From positions 8,345 to 72,344 of IMG/VR virus record IMGVR_UViG_3300048592_000564: a stretch of DNA of 64,000 nucleotides; one strand, given 5' to 3'. This document shows, piece by piece, positions 28,162 to 37,412 of this stretch. The notes below the pieces were generated by a model. It ran no database searches, was not told the origin of the DNA, and was given only the letters and a program-made list of their open reading frames with translations. The translations under genes and the position numbers were made by a program. The stretch comes from a virus. How positions within the stretch are numbered: the first letter of the stretch is position 1; each line of letters begins with the position of its first letter.

Positions 28162-29115
28162 GTGGCTCAAACATATTCTAGCGATCCGAGGCGTCCAGCG
28201 AAAGGCCAAATTGGTGACAGGTTTGGTCACTGGAAACTCATTGGCTTTGAAAGATGCGTCAAGCGAAACAAGCTCATGTATTTGTGCAAATGTGACTGCG
28301 GAACCGTTCGGGCACTGCAACCCGGCGCGCTGTTTGGATGTACCAGTACGTCGTGCGGGTGCCATAGAACCGCGATTCCGCCAGCACCTCCGCTGCCCAC
28401 TGTCGATTCCGTAGAGTTCAGGACGCTCGAGCAATATCCTGGATATGCGTTTGGAAGCGACGGGTCGGTTTGGGGTTGCAGGGCAAGAGTGGTGGGGCGT
28501 GAACGCGGAAGGTGGACCAAGATAAATGGAGCCAAGGACAAAAACGGGTATCTTCGCGTGACAATCACGACGAGGTCCAGTTCCAAGACTCTCAAAATTC
28601 ATGCCCTCATCCTTGAGGCGTTTACCGGCCCAAGGCCGCAGGGTTGTGTAAGCCGCCACCTGGACGGAAACCAAGCAAATAACGCAATAGCCAATTTGGC
28701 GTGGGGAACTCCCGCAGAAAACCAACGGGACTCTATATTGCATCGCACGCACGCAGGGCTGCGAAACAGCGGACGCGACAACCCAAATGCCAAGTTGTCG
28801 TTTAGTGACGTGGCTGAGATCATGCGACTAAAGCACGAGATGCCTTGTCGGGACATCGCGAAACGATTTGACGTAACCGAAGGTGCCATCAAGTCCATAT
28901 TCTCAGGCCGAACATGGTCGCACCTCACTGGAGCTGACGAAGAGTCCCAGACAATGAACCAACATGTGCGCGAATGGATTTCCTCGATCATGCAGTCTCC
29001 GCTTGGCATTGATTCAATCGCCTCCGCCCTGGATGAACTTGGGTATCGCTTAGCCGAAAAATGCACAGGCCGACATTTCGACGAACCAAATCAAACCGCC
29101 CAGGCATGCTTATGA
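28162..29115 (+). CDS. Free-standing HNH homing endonuclease
   Basis: CKCDCG/SCGC domain, HALILEAFTGPRP..RHLDGNQANN..NLAWGT..EN, C-terminal HTH. Composition less GC-biased than the flanks. Confidence 0.9.
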   Translation: MAQTYSSDPRRPAKGQIGDRFGHWKLIGFERCVKRNKLMYLCKCDCGTVRALQPGALFGCTSTSCGCHRTAIPPAPPLPTVDSVEFRTLEQYPGYAFGSDGSVWGCRARVVGRERGRWTKINGAKDKNGYLRVTITTRSSSKTLKIHALILEAFTGPRPQGCVSRHLDGNQANNAIANLAWGTPAENQRDSILHRTHAGLRNSGRDNPNAKLSFSDVAEIMRLKHEMPCRDIAKRFDVTEGAIKSIFSGRTWSHLTGADEESQTMNQHVREWISSIMQSPLGIDSIASALDELGYRLAEKCTGRHFDEPNQTAQACL

Positions 29116-29154
29116 CCGATGGCCCCATGACCTTCAAGTGGACGCCACCAAAGT

Positions 29155-29220
29155 CCCCGCTACACTTCCCTGGAGCAAATGATTGAGTCCTGCTGGAAGT
29201 GGGAGCCGAAGTCTCAATAA
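29155..29220 (+). pseudogene. galE: Orphaned duplicate of the galE 3' end
   Basis: Reads PRYTSLEQMIESCWKWEPKSQ* versus the galE end PAYTTIEQMIETCCKYEQL*. Shared 14-mer gagcaaatgattga at 28014-28027 and 29173-29186. Confidence 0.75.
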
Positions 29221-29236
29221 CCGAAGGAAAGTATCT

Positions 29237-29614
29237 ATGTTGAATCGACGCACCCTACTAGGCGGCCTTGCTGCCATTGCTTCTGGAGTTTGGTGTCAAG
29301 CAAAAACACTCGCCGCCCAGCGACACGATGGCGATGGTTCGACCATCTCTCCAGGCCAGCCCACCTGCCGAACTGCCTGGGTGTCCAGTGGACGCAAGCT
29401 GGATTTCGAGCGGTTTCATCGCGAATTTTCTATGGCGAGCTATCAGGGCCACAGGGTCGTGAACGCAATCAGCGTCTCCGATCGCAAGGGACGGACCGAA
29501 TGGTATATCTGCCTGTCCGACGACACGGCCGAGAATCCCTACGATGAGATGCCGGCCAGGTTTGCGGGCCTCTTGTGCGAGGAAGCCAAGCGTCGACAGG
29601 AGCCCGCCGCATGA
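29237..29614 (+). CDS. Hypothetical protein with a Tat-like N-terminus
   Basis: MLNRRTLLGGLAAIA twin-arginine-like motif. Confidence 0.5.
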   Translation: MLNRRTLLGGLAAIASGVWCQAKTLAAQRHDGDGSTISPGQPTCRTAWVSSGRKLDFERFHREFSMASYQGHRVVNAISVSDRKGRTEWYICLSDDTAENPYDEMPARFAGLLCEEAKRRQEPAA

Positions 29615-29768
29615 AAGCGTTTTGGTGGTGGTTTTGGACAATCAGTTCATTTCTGTACGCGATATTCTGGCTTCACGCTGCCGCGACTCGCAATACCGAC
29701 CACATGATGTCCTGTTTTGCAGCAGTGATCGCCTGCGGCGCGATGACCCGAACCTACGAGGAGAAGCC

Positions 29769-30149
29769 ATGCACGCCTACCGCCCCGTGATTGACCGCTG
29801 CTGGATTGAACGCGAGAACGGCCACCAGCGCGACTACATCGACGCCATCGTGGCCCGCTACAACCAGCTGACGCTCGACCCCGACCGCAAAGAGCGAATG
29901 GCCGCCCAGCAGTGCGTGGTCTGCTGGAAGACCAGCCGGATTGGCGGCGCGGCCTGCACCCAGAGGCAGTGTGGACTTTGCGACACCACGCTCCACAGCG
30001 GTAGCACTAACATTGACGTATTGTGCCCTGAGTGCGCGCGACGTGCCAAACTGTGCCGGCACTGCGGGGCCGACTTGGAGCTGAAGAACCGACGCACCCG
30101 AGACATGCCGGAGCGAACGCCCGATATCAAGGAGGACGAGGAGTGCTAG
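29769..30149 (+). CDS. Cys-rich (Zn-finger-like) protein
   Basis: Four CxxC pairs. Confidence 0.6.
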   Translation: MHAYRPVIDRCWIERENGHQRDYIDAIVARYNQLTLDPDRKERMAAQQCVVCWKTSRIGGAACTQRQCGLCDTTLHSGSTNIDVLCPECARRAKLCRHCGADLELKNRRTRDMPERTPDIKEDEEC

Positions 30150-30535
30150 TTTGCCGAATCGAAATCTGGCCCCACGGATCATACGCCCGTCGGCGCACCC
30201 TCGGGACGCTCGTGATCGCGAACGACGGGACGGGCACCCAGGAGATCGGGCACTACGACTGCGCGGTCGCGCACGCGGGACCGTATGCGGGAAAACCGGG
30301 GGCATGGCGAGGCGGTCGAGTGATCGGACACCTGCGGAAGCTCTCGCCCTATCACCTTGTGCGTGAAGCCCTGGCGGCGTGCCTGGAGGGGCGGCGTAGC
30401 AAGCGGGCCGACGGTCTGATCCAGCAGGTTCGCGACGCCGAGAGCGCCAAGCCGATGATTGCGTTCGACAGCGCGGAAGAAATGCGAAAATTCACCGAGG
30501 GGTTCGCATACCGGCCCCAGGAGCAAGGATTATGA
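30143..30535 (+). CDS. Hypothetical phage protein
   Basis: LV.RIEIWPHG...IANDGTG...G.Y pattern. GGAGG RBS, GTG start. Confidence 0.55.
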   Translation: MLVCRIEIWPHGSYARRRTLGTLVIANDGTGTQEIGHYDCAVAHAGPYAGKPGAWRGGRVIGHLRKLSPYHLVREALAACLEGRRSKRADGLIQQVRDAESAKPMIAFDSAEEMRKFTEGFAYRPQEQGL

Positions 30536-30770
30536 AGCTCGTCATCCAAGAACAAAAAACCAACGGCGTGGTGGCGAAATCCAGCACGACCACAACCTAC
30601 CAGCCGGACGACGAACTTCGAGAGGTTGTCCATTATCTCGTGCGATGTCTCCAGAGCCTCACCCTGACGGCCGAACGTATCGTCAAGGTGATCGAACGCG
30701 AAACCAAGGGCGATTAGTCAAGGACGACCCAAAGGCCCAGGGATGGGCCACTTTTTGGAAATTTTGCATG

Positions 30771-30864
30771 TGGATCTGTCCACTGAAAGTCTGTACAATG
30801 CGAACGGCCGCTGGGGTGTCGCCCAACGGCCGTTCTGACCACCATCAACTTCAAGGAGTATCAG
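30771..30864 (+). promoter_or_regulatory. HNH cassette leader, copy 2
   Basis: TACAAT (30794-30799), gc, GAACGGCCG...CGGCCGTTC, TGACCACCATCAAC, AAGGAG. Preceded by a ggccc/gggcc hairpin with a T-run. Confidence 0.7.
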
Positions 30865-31830
30865 ATGGCTAGCACCAATCCTAGCACGCGCAGCCCAAGA
30901 TTCAAGGATGAAACAGGAAAACGATACGGGCGATGGCTTGTTGTGTCTCACGTCGGTGGCGAATATTGCCAGTGCAAATGCGACTGCGGAACCGTTAAAG
31001 ACGTGCTTCTTGCGGCGATACGCAAGGGCCAGTCAAAGAGCTGTGGATGCGCCCGCTATGACAACCTTCCAGATTTGACAGGCGCAGTCGTCGGCAAATG
31101 GACGGTTCTGGCGATGTGCGAAAAGTCCTCACCGAATGACGCACGCCGTTGGCTATGTAAATGCGTGTGCGGCACAGAGAAGTCGGTGCGCGACGAATCA
31201 CTGCGAAACGGAGAATCTACATCTTGTCGATGCGAACAAAAGAATGCTCATCCGAGGCTGTCCACAACCGACCAGTGCCCAATATTTCCAGTCAGCGAAT
31301 CGGCAATAATCAAGCATTGCCCAGGGTATCTCGGCTATGCCGTCAGCGATCACGGGGATTTGTTCAGCTGTAGAAATAGAAACGGTTTCGCTGGGGCAGC
31401 AAAGCAATGGAGGCAATTGACGCGTCTCGGGTCCGACAAGGACGGCTATCGACGGACAGTGTTTACGATTGACGGCAAACCGCATTACGTTAGACGCTGT
31501 GTTTTAGTGTTAGAGGCATTTATTGGGCCACGTCCAGAAGGAATGATGGTGAGACACCTTGACGGGCATAACACCAATGATCGCTTGGACAATCTGGCCT
31601 GGGGTACTGCATCAGAAAACCAGCAAGATGCTGTCAGGCACGGAACGCAATCAGGACTAAAGGTGCGCGGTGAATCCACGCCTAACCATAAGATCACCGA
31701 GGCCGATGTTATCGAAATACGACGCTTGGCAGGAACCATGCCCCAGAGGGCAATTGGCGAACTAGTCGGATTAACCCAAACCACGGTTGGTCAAATAATC
31801 AGGAGACAGGCATGGAAGCATGTCGCGTAA
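30865..31830 (+). CDS. Free-standing HNH homing endonuclease
   Basis: Two CKC(D/V)CG domains, LVLEAFIGPRP..VRHLDGHNTND..NLAWGT..EN, HTH tail. Overlaps the start of the downstream kinase. Confidence 0.9.
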   Translation: MASTNPSTRSPRFKDETGKRYGRWLVVSHVGGEYCQCKCDCGTVKDVLLAAIRKGQSKSCGCARYDNLPDLTGAVVGKWTVLAMCEKSSPNDARRWLCKCVCGTEKSVRDESLRNGESTSCRCEQKNAHPRLSTTDQCPIFPVSESAIIKHCPGYLGYAVSDHGDLFSCRNRNGFAGAAKQWRQLTRLGSDKDGYRRTVFTIDGKPHYVRRCVLVLEAFIGPRPEGMMVRHLDGHNTNDRLDNLAWGTASENQQDAVRHGTQSGLKVRGESTPNHKITEADVIEIRRLAGTMPQRAIGELVGLTQTTVGQIIRRQAWKHVA

Positions 31831-32729
31831 TCAAATCCCAGGCACCCTGTAGGATTTCCATCTGCGGCGGTTCGAGCGACCTGTCCTACCACTGGAGGCG
31901 ACATCGTGGCTTTTTGGTCACGGCCGCGATCGATAAATACGTGACCGTCACGGTGCAGCCGGGAAATCGAATTGACACATCGCCCCAGCACCCATACGCG
32001 ACCGCAGCAGGCTGGAGTTCACGCGATCTGGTCACCATCGAAAGTGACCTGCTTCCTGGAAGTGGGCTGGGCGGAAGTTCGTGTCTTATGACTGCACTCC
32101 TGCGCGCCCGCCATTCTGACCTTCCGGTTCACGAGCTTGCGATGGCGGCCTACCACGCCGAAAGGTTTGGTCAAATCGCAGCCCCAATTGGGTACCAGGA
32201 CGGCTTCGCGGCAGCGTTCGGCGGTTGCATTGCCCTGGAGATCGACCACGCGGGCCGGGTCGCAACATGGCCCGTCGCGCTCCCCGCCGACTTCGAGCGC
32301 CGCCTTGTCCTGATGAACACTGGGGTTCAGCGCCCAGCCGCCGACGTGCTAAGGAAGCAAGAGGCGGCGACCAGCACGTCACTGGTAAGCCGGGAAGCGA
32401 TGGAGTCGATAGCCAATCTTGGCCACGAAATCTACGCCGATATTCGCGACAACCAAGGCCAGAATTTCGGCCCCATGCTTGATCGTCACTGGAAATACAA
32501 ACGAGCAGTTGCTAGTGTGATGTCAAATCCAGCGATCGACGCATGGTACGACCTCGCCCTGGATCACGGTGCCACCGGAGGAAAACTGATTGGCGCAGGG
32601 AGCTCCGGCTTCTTTTTGTTTGTCGTCCCGCCCGACCGTCGCTACCATTTTGTCGACACCATGACGGCCGCGGGCCTGACGGAGCTTCCGTTCCAGTTTA
32701 CCGACCAGGGGGCGAGGATTATCAAATGA
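31812..32729 (+). CDS. hddA: GHMP kinase, D-glycero-alpha-D-manno-heptose-7-phosphate kinase-like
   Basis: APCRISICGGSSD, PGSGLGGSS, GYQD..AAFGG, HWKYK, GGKLIGAGSSGF. Confidence 0.8.
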   Translation: MEACRVIKSQAPCRISICGGSSDLSYHWRRHRGFLVTAAIDKYVTVTVQPGNRIDTSPQHPYATAAGWSSRDLVTIESDLLPGSGLGGSSCLMTALLRARHSDLPVHELAMAAYHAERFGQIAAPIGYQDGFAAAFGGCIALEIDHAGRVATWPVALPADFERRLVLMNTGVQRPAADVLRKQEAATSTSLVSREAMESIANLGHEIYADIRDNQGQNFGPMLDRHWKYKRAVASVMSNPAIDAWYDLALDHGATGGKLIGAGSSGFFLFVVPPDRRYHFVDTMTAAGLTELPFQFTDQGARIIK

Positions 32730-33320
32730 ACGACCTCATCGAAGCGCTGACGATCCTCCTGAAATACGGGAATCCCCGAAATCCGACGCACTGCGAGCAC
32801 GACCAGCTCACGATCGCGGAAATCGACCCGAACGACGTCTCGCCAGAGGACCGGGCCAGGCTCTACGAACTCGGGTTTTTAGTGTCCGAGGCCGACGAGT
32901 GCTTTATGTCATTTCGATACGGGAGTGCGTGATGACACCCGAGCAAGCCATTGAACTGATCGAGAGAACCCTTGTGGAGCAGAAGCTAGCTCTACAGGCG
33001 TGGCACGACGCTTGGCTAATGCAGGGCGAGGGCCGCGTGCTCGCGATGGTGGAGGCCCACCGGAAGACCTGCCGGGCACTGGGGATGGAGGAGAACACGT
33101 GAGCGCCGAATTTTTCGCCGTCCAGGAACAAGATCGCTCACGGCTAGACCGCGCGACCAAGACTACCTACGTGAACCTGGACGCGATCCTGTACGTCGAC
33201 GACTACGGGGTTCGAGGCGAGCCCATGCGGGTGTCGTGCGTCGGAAAGGAAACCTACTGGCTTGTAAACGACGACGCCGAACGGCTCGTCGCAAAGCTGA
33301 AGGAACGGTGCAAGTCATGA
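32726..33320 (+). other. Three coupled small hypothetical CDSs (32726-32932, 32932-33102, 33099-33320)
   Basis: Start/stop overlaps with RBS-like purine runs. Confidence 0.5.
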
Positions 33321-33913
33321 GCCCAACTACCAACCTCCTGGACTGCTGCGTGCGGTCCATCCAAGGGCTCGACCACGAGCAGATCGACGACGCAGCCAGA
33401 ATACTCTCCCGCGTTAGACGCGAACGCGGTCGGCTATTTCTCGCCGGCTCAGGCGGCGGGGCCGCGCACGCCTCGCACGCCTGCTGCGATTTCAGAAAAC
33501 TTTGCGGCATCGAGGCATACTGTGTCTCGGACAACGCCGCCGAATTGACGGCCCGCGTCAACGACGACGGCTGGGAATCCAGTTATGCGAACTGGCTTCG
33601 GGTGCCCCGGCTTGATCGCAACGACGCCCTACTGATCGTGAGCGTCGGAGGAGGATCCACGCACCCACCGGTATCCACGAACCTCGTGACCGCAATGGAG
33701 TTCGCTCGATCGCTCGGGGCCGCTACCCTGGCCGTGGTTGGCCGTGATGGAGGACACGCGGGCCGGGTGGCCGATGTCGCGGTCCTGATCCCGTGCGATC
33801 GGCCGGAATTCGTGACGCCGGTCACGGAGGCGGTCCAGAGCGTAGTGCTCCACGCCCTCGCGGTCCATCCCCTGTTGGCAATCCTGAAGGCGAAATGGGA
33901 GGGACTTGTATGA
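33317..33913 (+). CDS. gmhA: SIS-domain phosphoheptose isomerase
   Basis: GSGGGAAHASH..D, TARVNDDGW, SVGGG, VGRDGG, TEAVQSVVLH. Confidence 0.85.
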   Translation: MSPTTNLLDCCVRSIQGLDHEQIDDAARILSRVRRERGRLFLAGSGGGAAHASHACCDFRKLCGIEAYCVSDNAAELTARVNDDGWESSYANWLRVPRLDRNDALLIVSVGGGSTHPPVSTNLVTAMEFARSLGAATLAVVGRDGGHAGRVADVAVLIPCDRPEFVTPVTEAVQSVVLHALAVHPLLAILKAKWEGLV

Positions 33914-34073
33914 ACGCGAGGACGTTGCGGTTTGCGATGAGCTTCATTACCGGATCACTGACAGGAGTTGCCATTGCGGAACTCAATCGCGGCCATCTCG
34001 CGACCGCAATTGGATTGACGCTTGCCGTTGCTGTGTCGGTGTTTTTCCGCTGCCTAACGATCGAGCATTCGCC

Positions 34074-34400
34074 ATGAACCCCTACGAACAATGCTTCCAT
34101 GACCTCGGGATCGAGTCCCCCACGATTGAAGACCGCCGGGCCCTGCGCCGTCTGGTCGCCACCGTGGCGCCCGACGTCCGGACGGTCGAGCGAGCCCGCC
34201 TCGAGGCGTCCACGCAGCGTCGACGGTGCCGCGAGGACGACGCCAGGGTCGACGTGTTGCGAGACGCCATCGAGGCCGTGCTGGCGCTACCGCGTGTCCC
34301 GGGCACGATTGAACGCAGGCTCCAGGCCGCGATGGACGCGACCGCCTACGACGGCCGGACCGTGCAAGAGATCGTCCGCGCCGCCGGGGAGGTGACGTGA
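34074..34400 (+). CDS. Hypothetical protein
   Basis: ATGA-coupled to a small membrane ORF at 33910-34077. Confidence 0.5.
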   Translation: MNPYEQCFHDLGIESPTIEDRRALRRLVATVAPDVRTVERARLEASTQRRRCREDDARVDVLRDAIEAVLALPRVPGTIERRLQAAMDATAYDGRTVQEIVRAAGEVT

Positions 34401-34492
34401 CGAGCAGATTTTTGTTGTTTTGTCGCCATGACGTGGCTACCATCCTGCAGGAACGCTACGCATCTACGCGGTTGGGATTGAAAGCAAGTCAC

Positions 34493-35404
34493 ATGGGACC
34501 CAAGAGAATTAAGCCGCATACCAAAATAGTTGATGTTCGCCGCGAACCAGACAAAATCCTTCCCGTGTCGTGGATCAGCCTTGCTGAATCAACCGCCCAT
34601 GAACTTGCGTATCGCTTTGGCATGTCCTACGAGCACGTTATCTCGATTTCAAATGCAATCAAAGACGGAATGGCTCACGTGTATCCGTCTCTAAATGGAA
34701 TATCCAGAATCGACGCAGGCAAACAGCACACGTGGTTTGCCCGAATCCATCGCGGCGCAGTGTCCGGCAGTCACACCGCAGCCAAGTCGTTCGCCGACAG
34801 CCGATGCGGTGGGCGAGAAAAGGCCCTTCAGGCAGCAAGGCAGTGGCGAGACGACACGCTGGCTACGATAGTAATCGCAACACCAAAGGAACACGCCTGT
34901 GTAAAAACGACCAATCGGCAGCGGCGCGAAACTATGGAGAAGCAATTGCAGGTGCATGGCAAGTGCTACATGCGAACCGGAACCGGCTTACTGGCAAGCA
35001 AGCGAGCCGCGATTGAGTTTGGCCAGCACGGCAAGACCTGTGCGGCGATTCGCGATGGTGCTCAGGACGGCTTCTACCTTGGCGGCAACCGGCCGCGTTA
35101 CGCCGTCGCCGGCTTCATGAATGAAATCACGCCCAGGATTGAAAAGCAGATCCGACGAGAAATCAGGAGACGAGCCAGGCACTGGATGTCCAGCGAGGAC
35201 ATTGAACTGGCGGCGAGCAACGCTATGATGTCCTGGGCGTCAATCGACCTGTCTAGCGTATCGGAAGACTATATTGAACGACTGGCAGGAAGCGTGGTCA
35301 GGACCGCCGACCGAAGACGCTCGGCAGAACGAAAAAAACAGGGGGTATCGCTTGATCTTAATGGCGAGATCGAAACCCTAGAGCGACAAAGAGAACGATG
35401 GTAG
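34493..35404 (+). CDS. AP2-domain DNA-binding protein
   Basis: GISRID...WFARI...KSFAD...GGREKALQAARQWRD AP2-like motif. Lower GC. Start chosen downstream of a TACCAT -10-like site. Confidence 0.6.
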   Translation: MGPKRIKPHTKIVDVRREPDKILPVSWISLAESTAHELAYRFGMSYEHVISISNAIKDGMAHVYPSLNGISRIDAGKQHTWFARIHRGAVSGSHTAAKSFADSRCGGREKALQAARQWRDDTLATIVIATPKEHACVKTTNRQRRETMEKQLQVHGKCYMRTGTGLLASKRAAIEFGQHGKTCAAIRDGAQDGFYLGGNRPRYAVAGFMNEITPRIEKQIRREIRRRARHWMSSEDIELAASNAMMSWASIDLSSVSEDYIERLAGSVVRTADRRRSAERKKQGVSLDLNGEIETLERQRERW

Positions 35405-35625
35405 CAACGGGCCATTTGCCGCGCATTCTTGTTGAGTGCTCGGTGTCCTCTTCAGCTTTCTGGCTGACCGCGGGGGGACGGCATATATGGAAGCGTCACC
35501 GCCATCTGGCCCATTGCTACCTCGACAGCAAATTAAGACAACGCCCCGGTTCACCCAGTCGCCGAGGTGGACCTTCCATTTGAATCCGACCCAACCGGCG
35601 GCTTGGGTGCAACCGATGGTTCGCC

Positions 35626-36221
35626 ATGACGTTCGCGTGCTATTGGGATCGCCTCCGGGCCGCAACACCCGGCCTGAGCAACGACGAGACCTCGATGCGG
35701 ATCAGCGTCTTGAACTTCCGGCTCGCGATCAGCCGAGCCTACGCGGCCGGACGTGACGAGGCCCGGCAGCACATCGAGCGAACCGCCGACGAACTCACGG
35801 GCGACCAGGGCATCATGGACGTGTTCAAGGGGATTTTCGGGGACAAGCGATGACAAGATTTGAAAAGTTACTCGCGTACCTGCTCAAGTACCATTTTACC
35901 TACGACGAACTGGAAAAAATCGTCGACCTCAAACTGGAATGCGAGCACTATAGCGACATCGAGAGAGTCGTGTTTCCTGAATTGTCCCCAGCGGTCAATA
36001 AGCTATTGGCCCGGATGGGATGGGACGAAAAGCCGTACATTGAACGACTTCTTGATGAGCAAAGGCTCTATATGCAGGCGATCCATCAAGACGAACTGGC
36101 AGAACGGCAGGCCCTTATCGAACGCATGCACACGCAATGCCATTCGGTTCGCAACCTTGCTAGCATGCGCGACGCCGCCCAAAGGTTTTTGCGTGACACC
36201 GAGGACTGTAAGGTCTCATGA
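35626..36221 (+). other. Two coupled hypothetical CDSs (35626-35853, 35850-36221)
   Basis: ATGA overlaps. Confidence 0.5.
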
Positions 36222-36715
36222 ATCAGGCATGCTTTTTCGATCTCGACGGAACTTTGGTCCGCGCTTTCCCCGAGGGCGACACCACCCGTGGACCACGGAC
36301 CCGCGATGAGGTTGAAATCCTGCCGGGCACCAAAGAGTCGCTCGACCGACTATTCGACGCAGGCTACGCGTTGCTTGTGGTCACGAACCAGCCGGGACTT
36401 GCCCGCGGCGACCTCGACCCATTGGAACACGCGGGCGTTCGGCTGATGATCCGCGTGGAACTGCCGGTTCGCAAAATCTATACTTGCCCGCACGACGGCG
36501 ACTGGTGCGCATGCAGGAAGCCGCGGCCGGGGCTCATCATCGGAGCCGCGGTCGAATACGAACTCGACCTCGCCCGCTGCTGGATGATCGGCGACCGGGA
36601 GTCGGACCGTGAGGCCGCGATCCGGGCCGGGATCCCGCAGGCCCAGACGATCAAGCTCGAAACCAACCAAGGCATCAAGGAGGCGGTGGACGCAATCCTT
36701 GCCTTTGCAAAATGA
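36218..36715 (+). CDS. gmhB: HAD-IIIA heptose-1,7-bisphosphate phosphatase
   Basis: FDLDGT, VTNQPG, CPH..C.CRKPRPG, MIGDRESD. Confidence 0.88.
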   Translation: MNQACFFDLDGTLVRAFPEGDTTRGPRTRDEVEILPGTKESLDRLFDAGYALLVVTNQPGLARGDLDPLEHAGVRLMIRVELPVRKIYTCPHDGDWCACRKPRPGLIIGAAVEYELDLARCWMIGDRESDREAAIRAGIPQAQTIKLETNQGIKEAVDAILAFAK

Positions 36716-36727
36716 CCGTTTTTATAC

Positions 36728-36821
36728 TTGAACGACCGTACAGTAATCGGTAACATGCGAACGGCCCGGACGTTGGAGCGCCCGAGCCGTTCTAACCACC
36801 ATCAGCTGTAGGGAGCGTCAA
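36728..36821 (+). promoter_or_regulatory. HNH cassette leader, copy 3
   Basis: TTGAAC-17-TAACAT, gc, GAACGGC...GCCGTTC, TAACCACCATCAGC, GGGAG. Confidence 0.75.
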
Positions 36822-37412
36822 GTGGCTTCGATAAATTGTATCATGGACTGCCCGCCGTTGCCAGTTGTAGAAGGTGTTGAAATTCGGCACTGCGAAGGAT
36901 ATCCAGGGTACGCCATTGGCAGCGATGGCTCCCCGTGGTCGTGCCGGCCGTGCGTCCGAACTGGGCTCAAAATAGCATGGAGGCGACTTACGCCATGCCC
37001 AGACAAACAAGGCTACCTGCACATCAGTTGCCAGGTGAACGGGCGGCTGATTCGCCCCAAAATAGGCCACCTTGTAGCCAACGCATTCATCGGGCCAAAT
37101 CCAGGAAAGCTGGATTTGTGTCACGGGGACGGCAATAAGCAGAACAACCGCGTCGAAAACCTGCGGTGGGGGACTCGCAGCGAGAACACGCAGGACGCAT
37201 TACGGCACGGCACGTTTCACATTGTTGGGCATCCAGGGGAACGTAACGCAAACTCCAAAATTACCGCATCGCAGGTCAAGGAAATTCGCAGCACCCCAGG
37301 GAAAAGCCACGTCGAATGGGCGCGCGAACTTGGCGTTACCCCAACGGCAATTTATTCAATTCGCGCAGGAAGGACATGGAAGAATGAACCAAGCCCTCGA
37401 CATAACGATTGA
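36822..37412 (+). CDS. Free-standing HNH homing endonuclease
   Basis: YPGYAIGSDG, HLVANAFIGP..CHGDGNKQNNRVENLRWGT..EN, HTH tail. Overlaps the transaldolase start. Confidence 0.9.
   Translation: MASINCIMDCPPLPVVEGVEIRHCEGYPGYAIGSDGSPWSCRPCVRTGLKIAWRRLTPCPDKQGYLHISCQVNGRLIRPKIGHLVANAFIGPNPGKLDLCHGDGNKQNNRVENLRWGTRSENTQDALRHGTFHIVGHPGERNANSKITASQVKEIRSTPGKSHVEWARELGVTPTAIYSIRAGRTWKNEPSPRHND

Noticed and set aside
28056-29160. Group I intron or intein in galE
   Set aside because: galE has its own in-frame stop, the insert has its own promoter, the non-coding flanks are too short for a ribozyme core, and no intein motifs are present.
28162-37412. IscB/HEARO-type RNA-guided nucleases
   Set aside because: The proteins lack RuvC and PLMP motifs, and the leaders are only about 65 nt.
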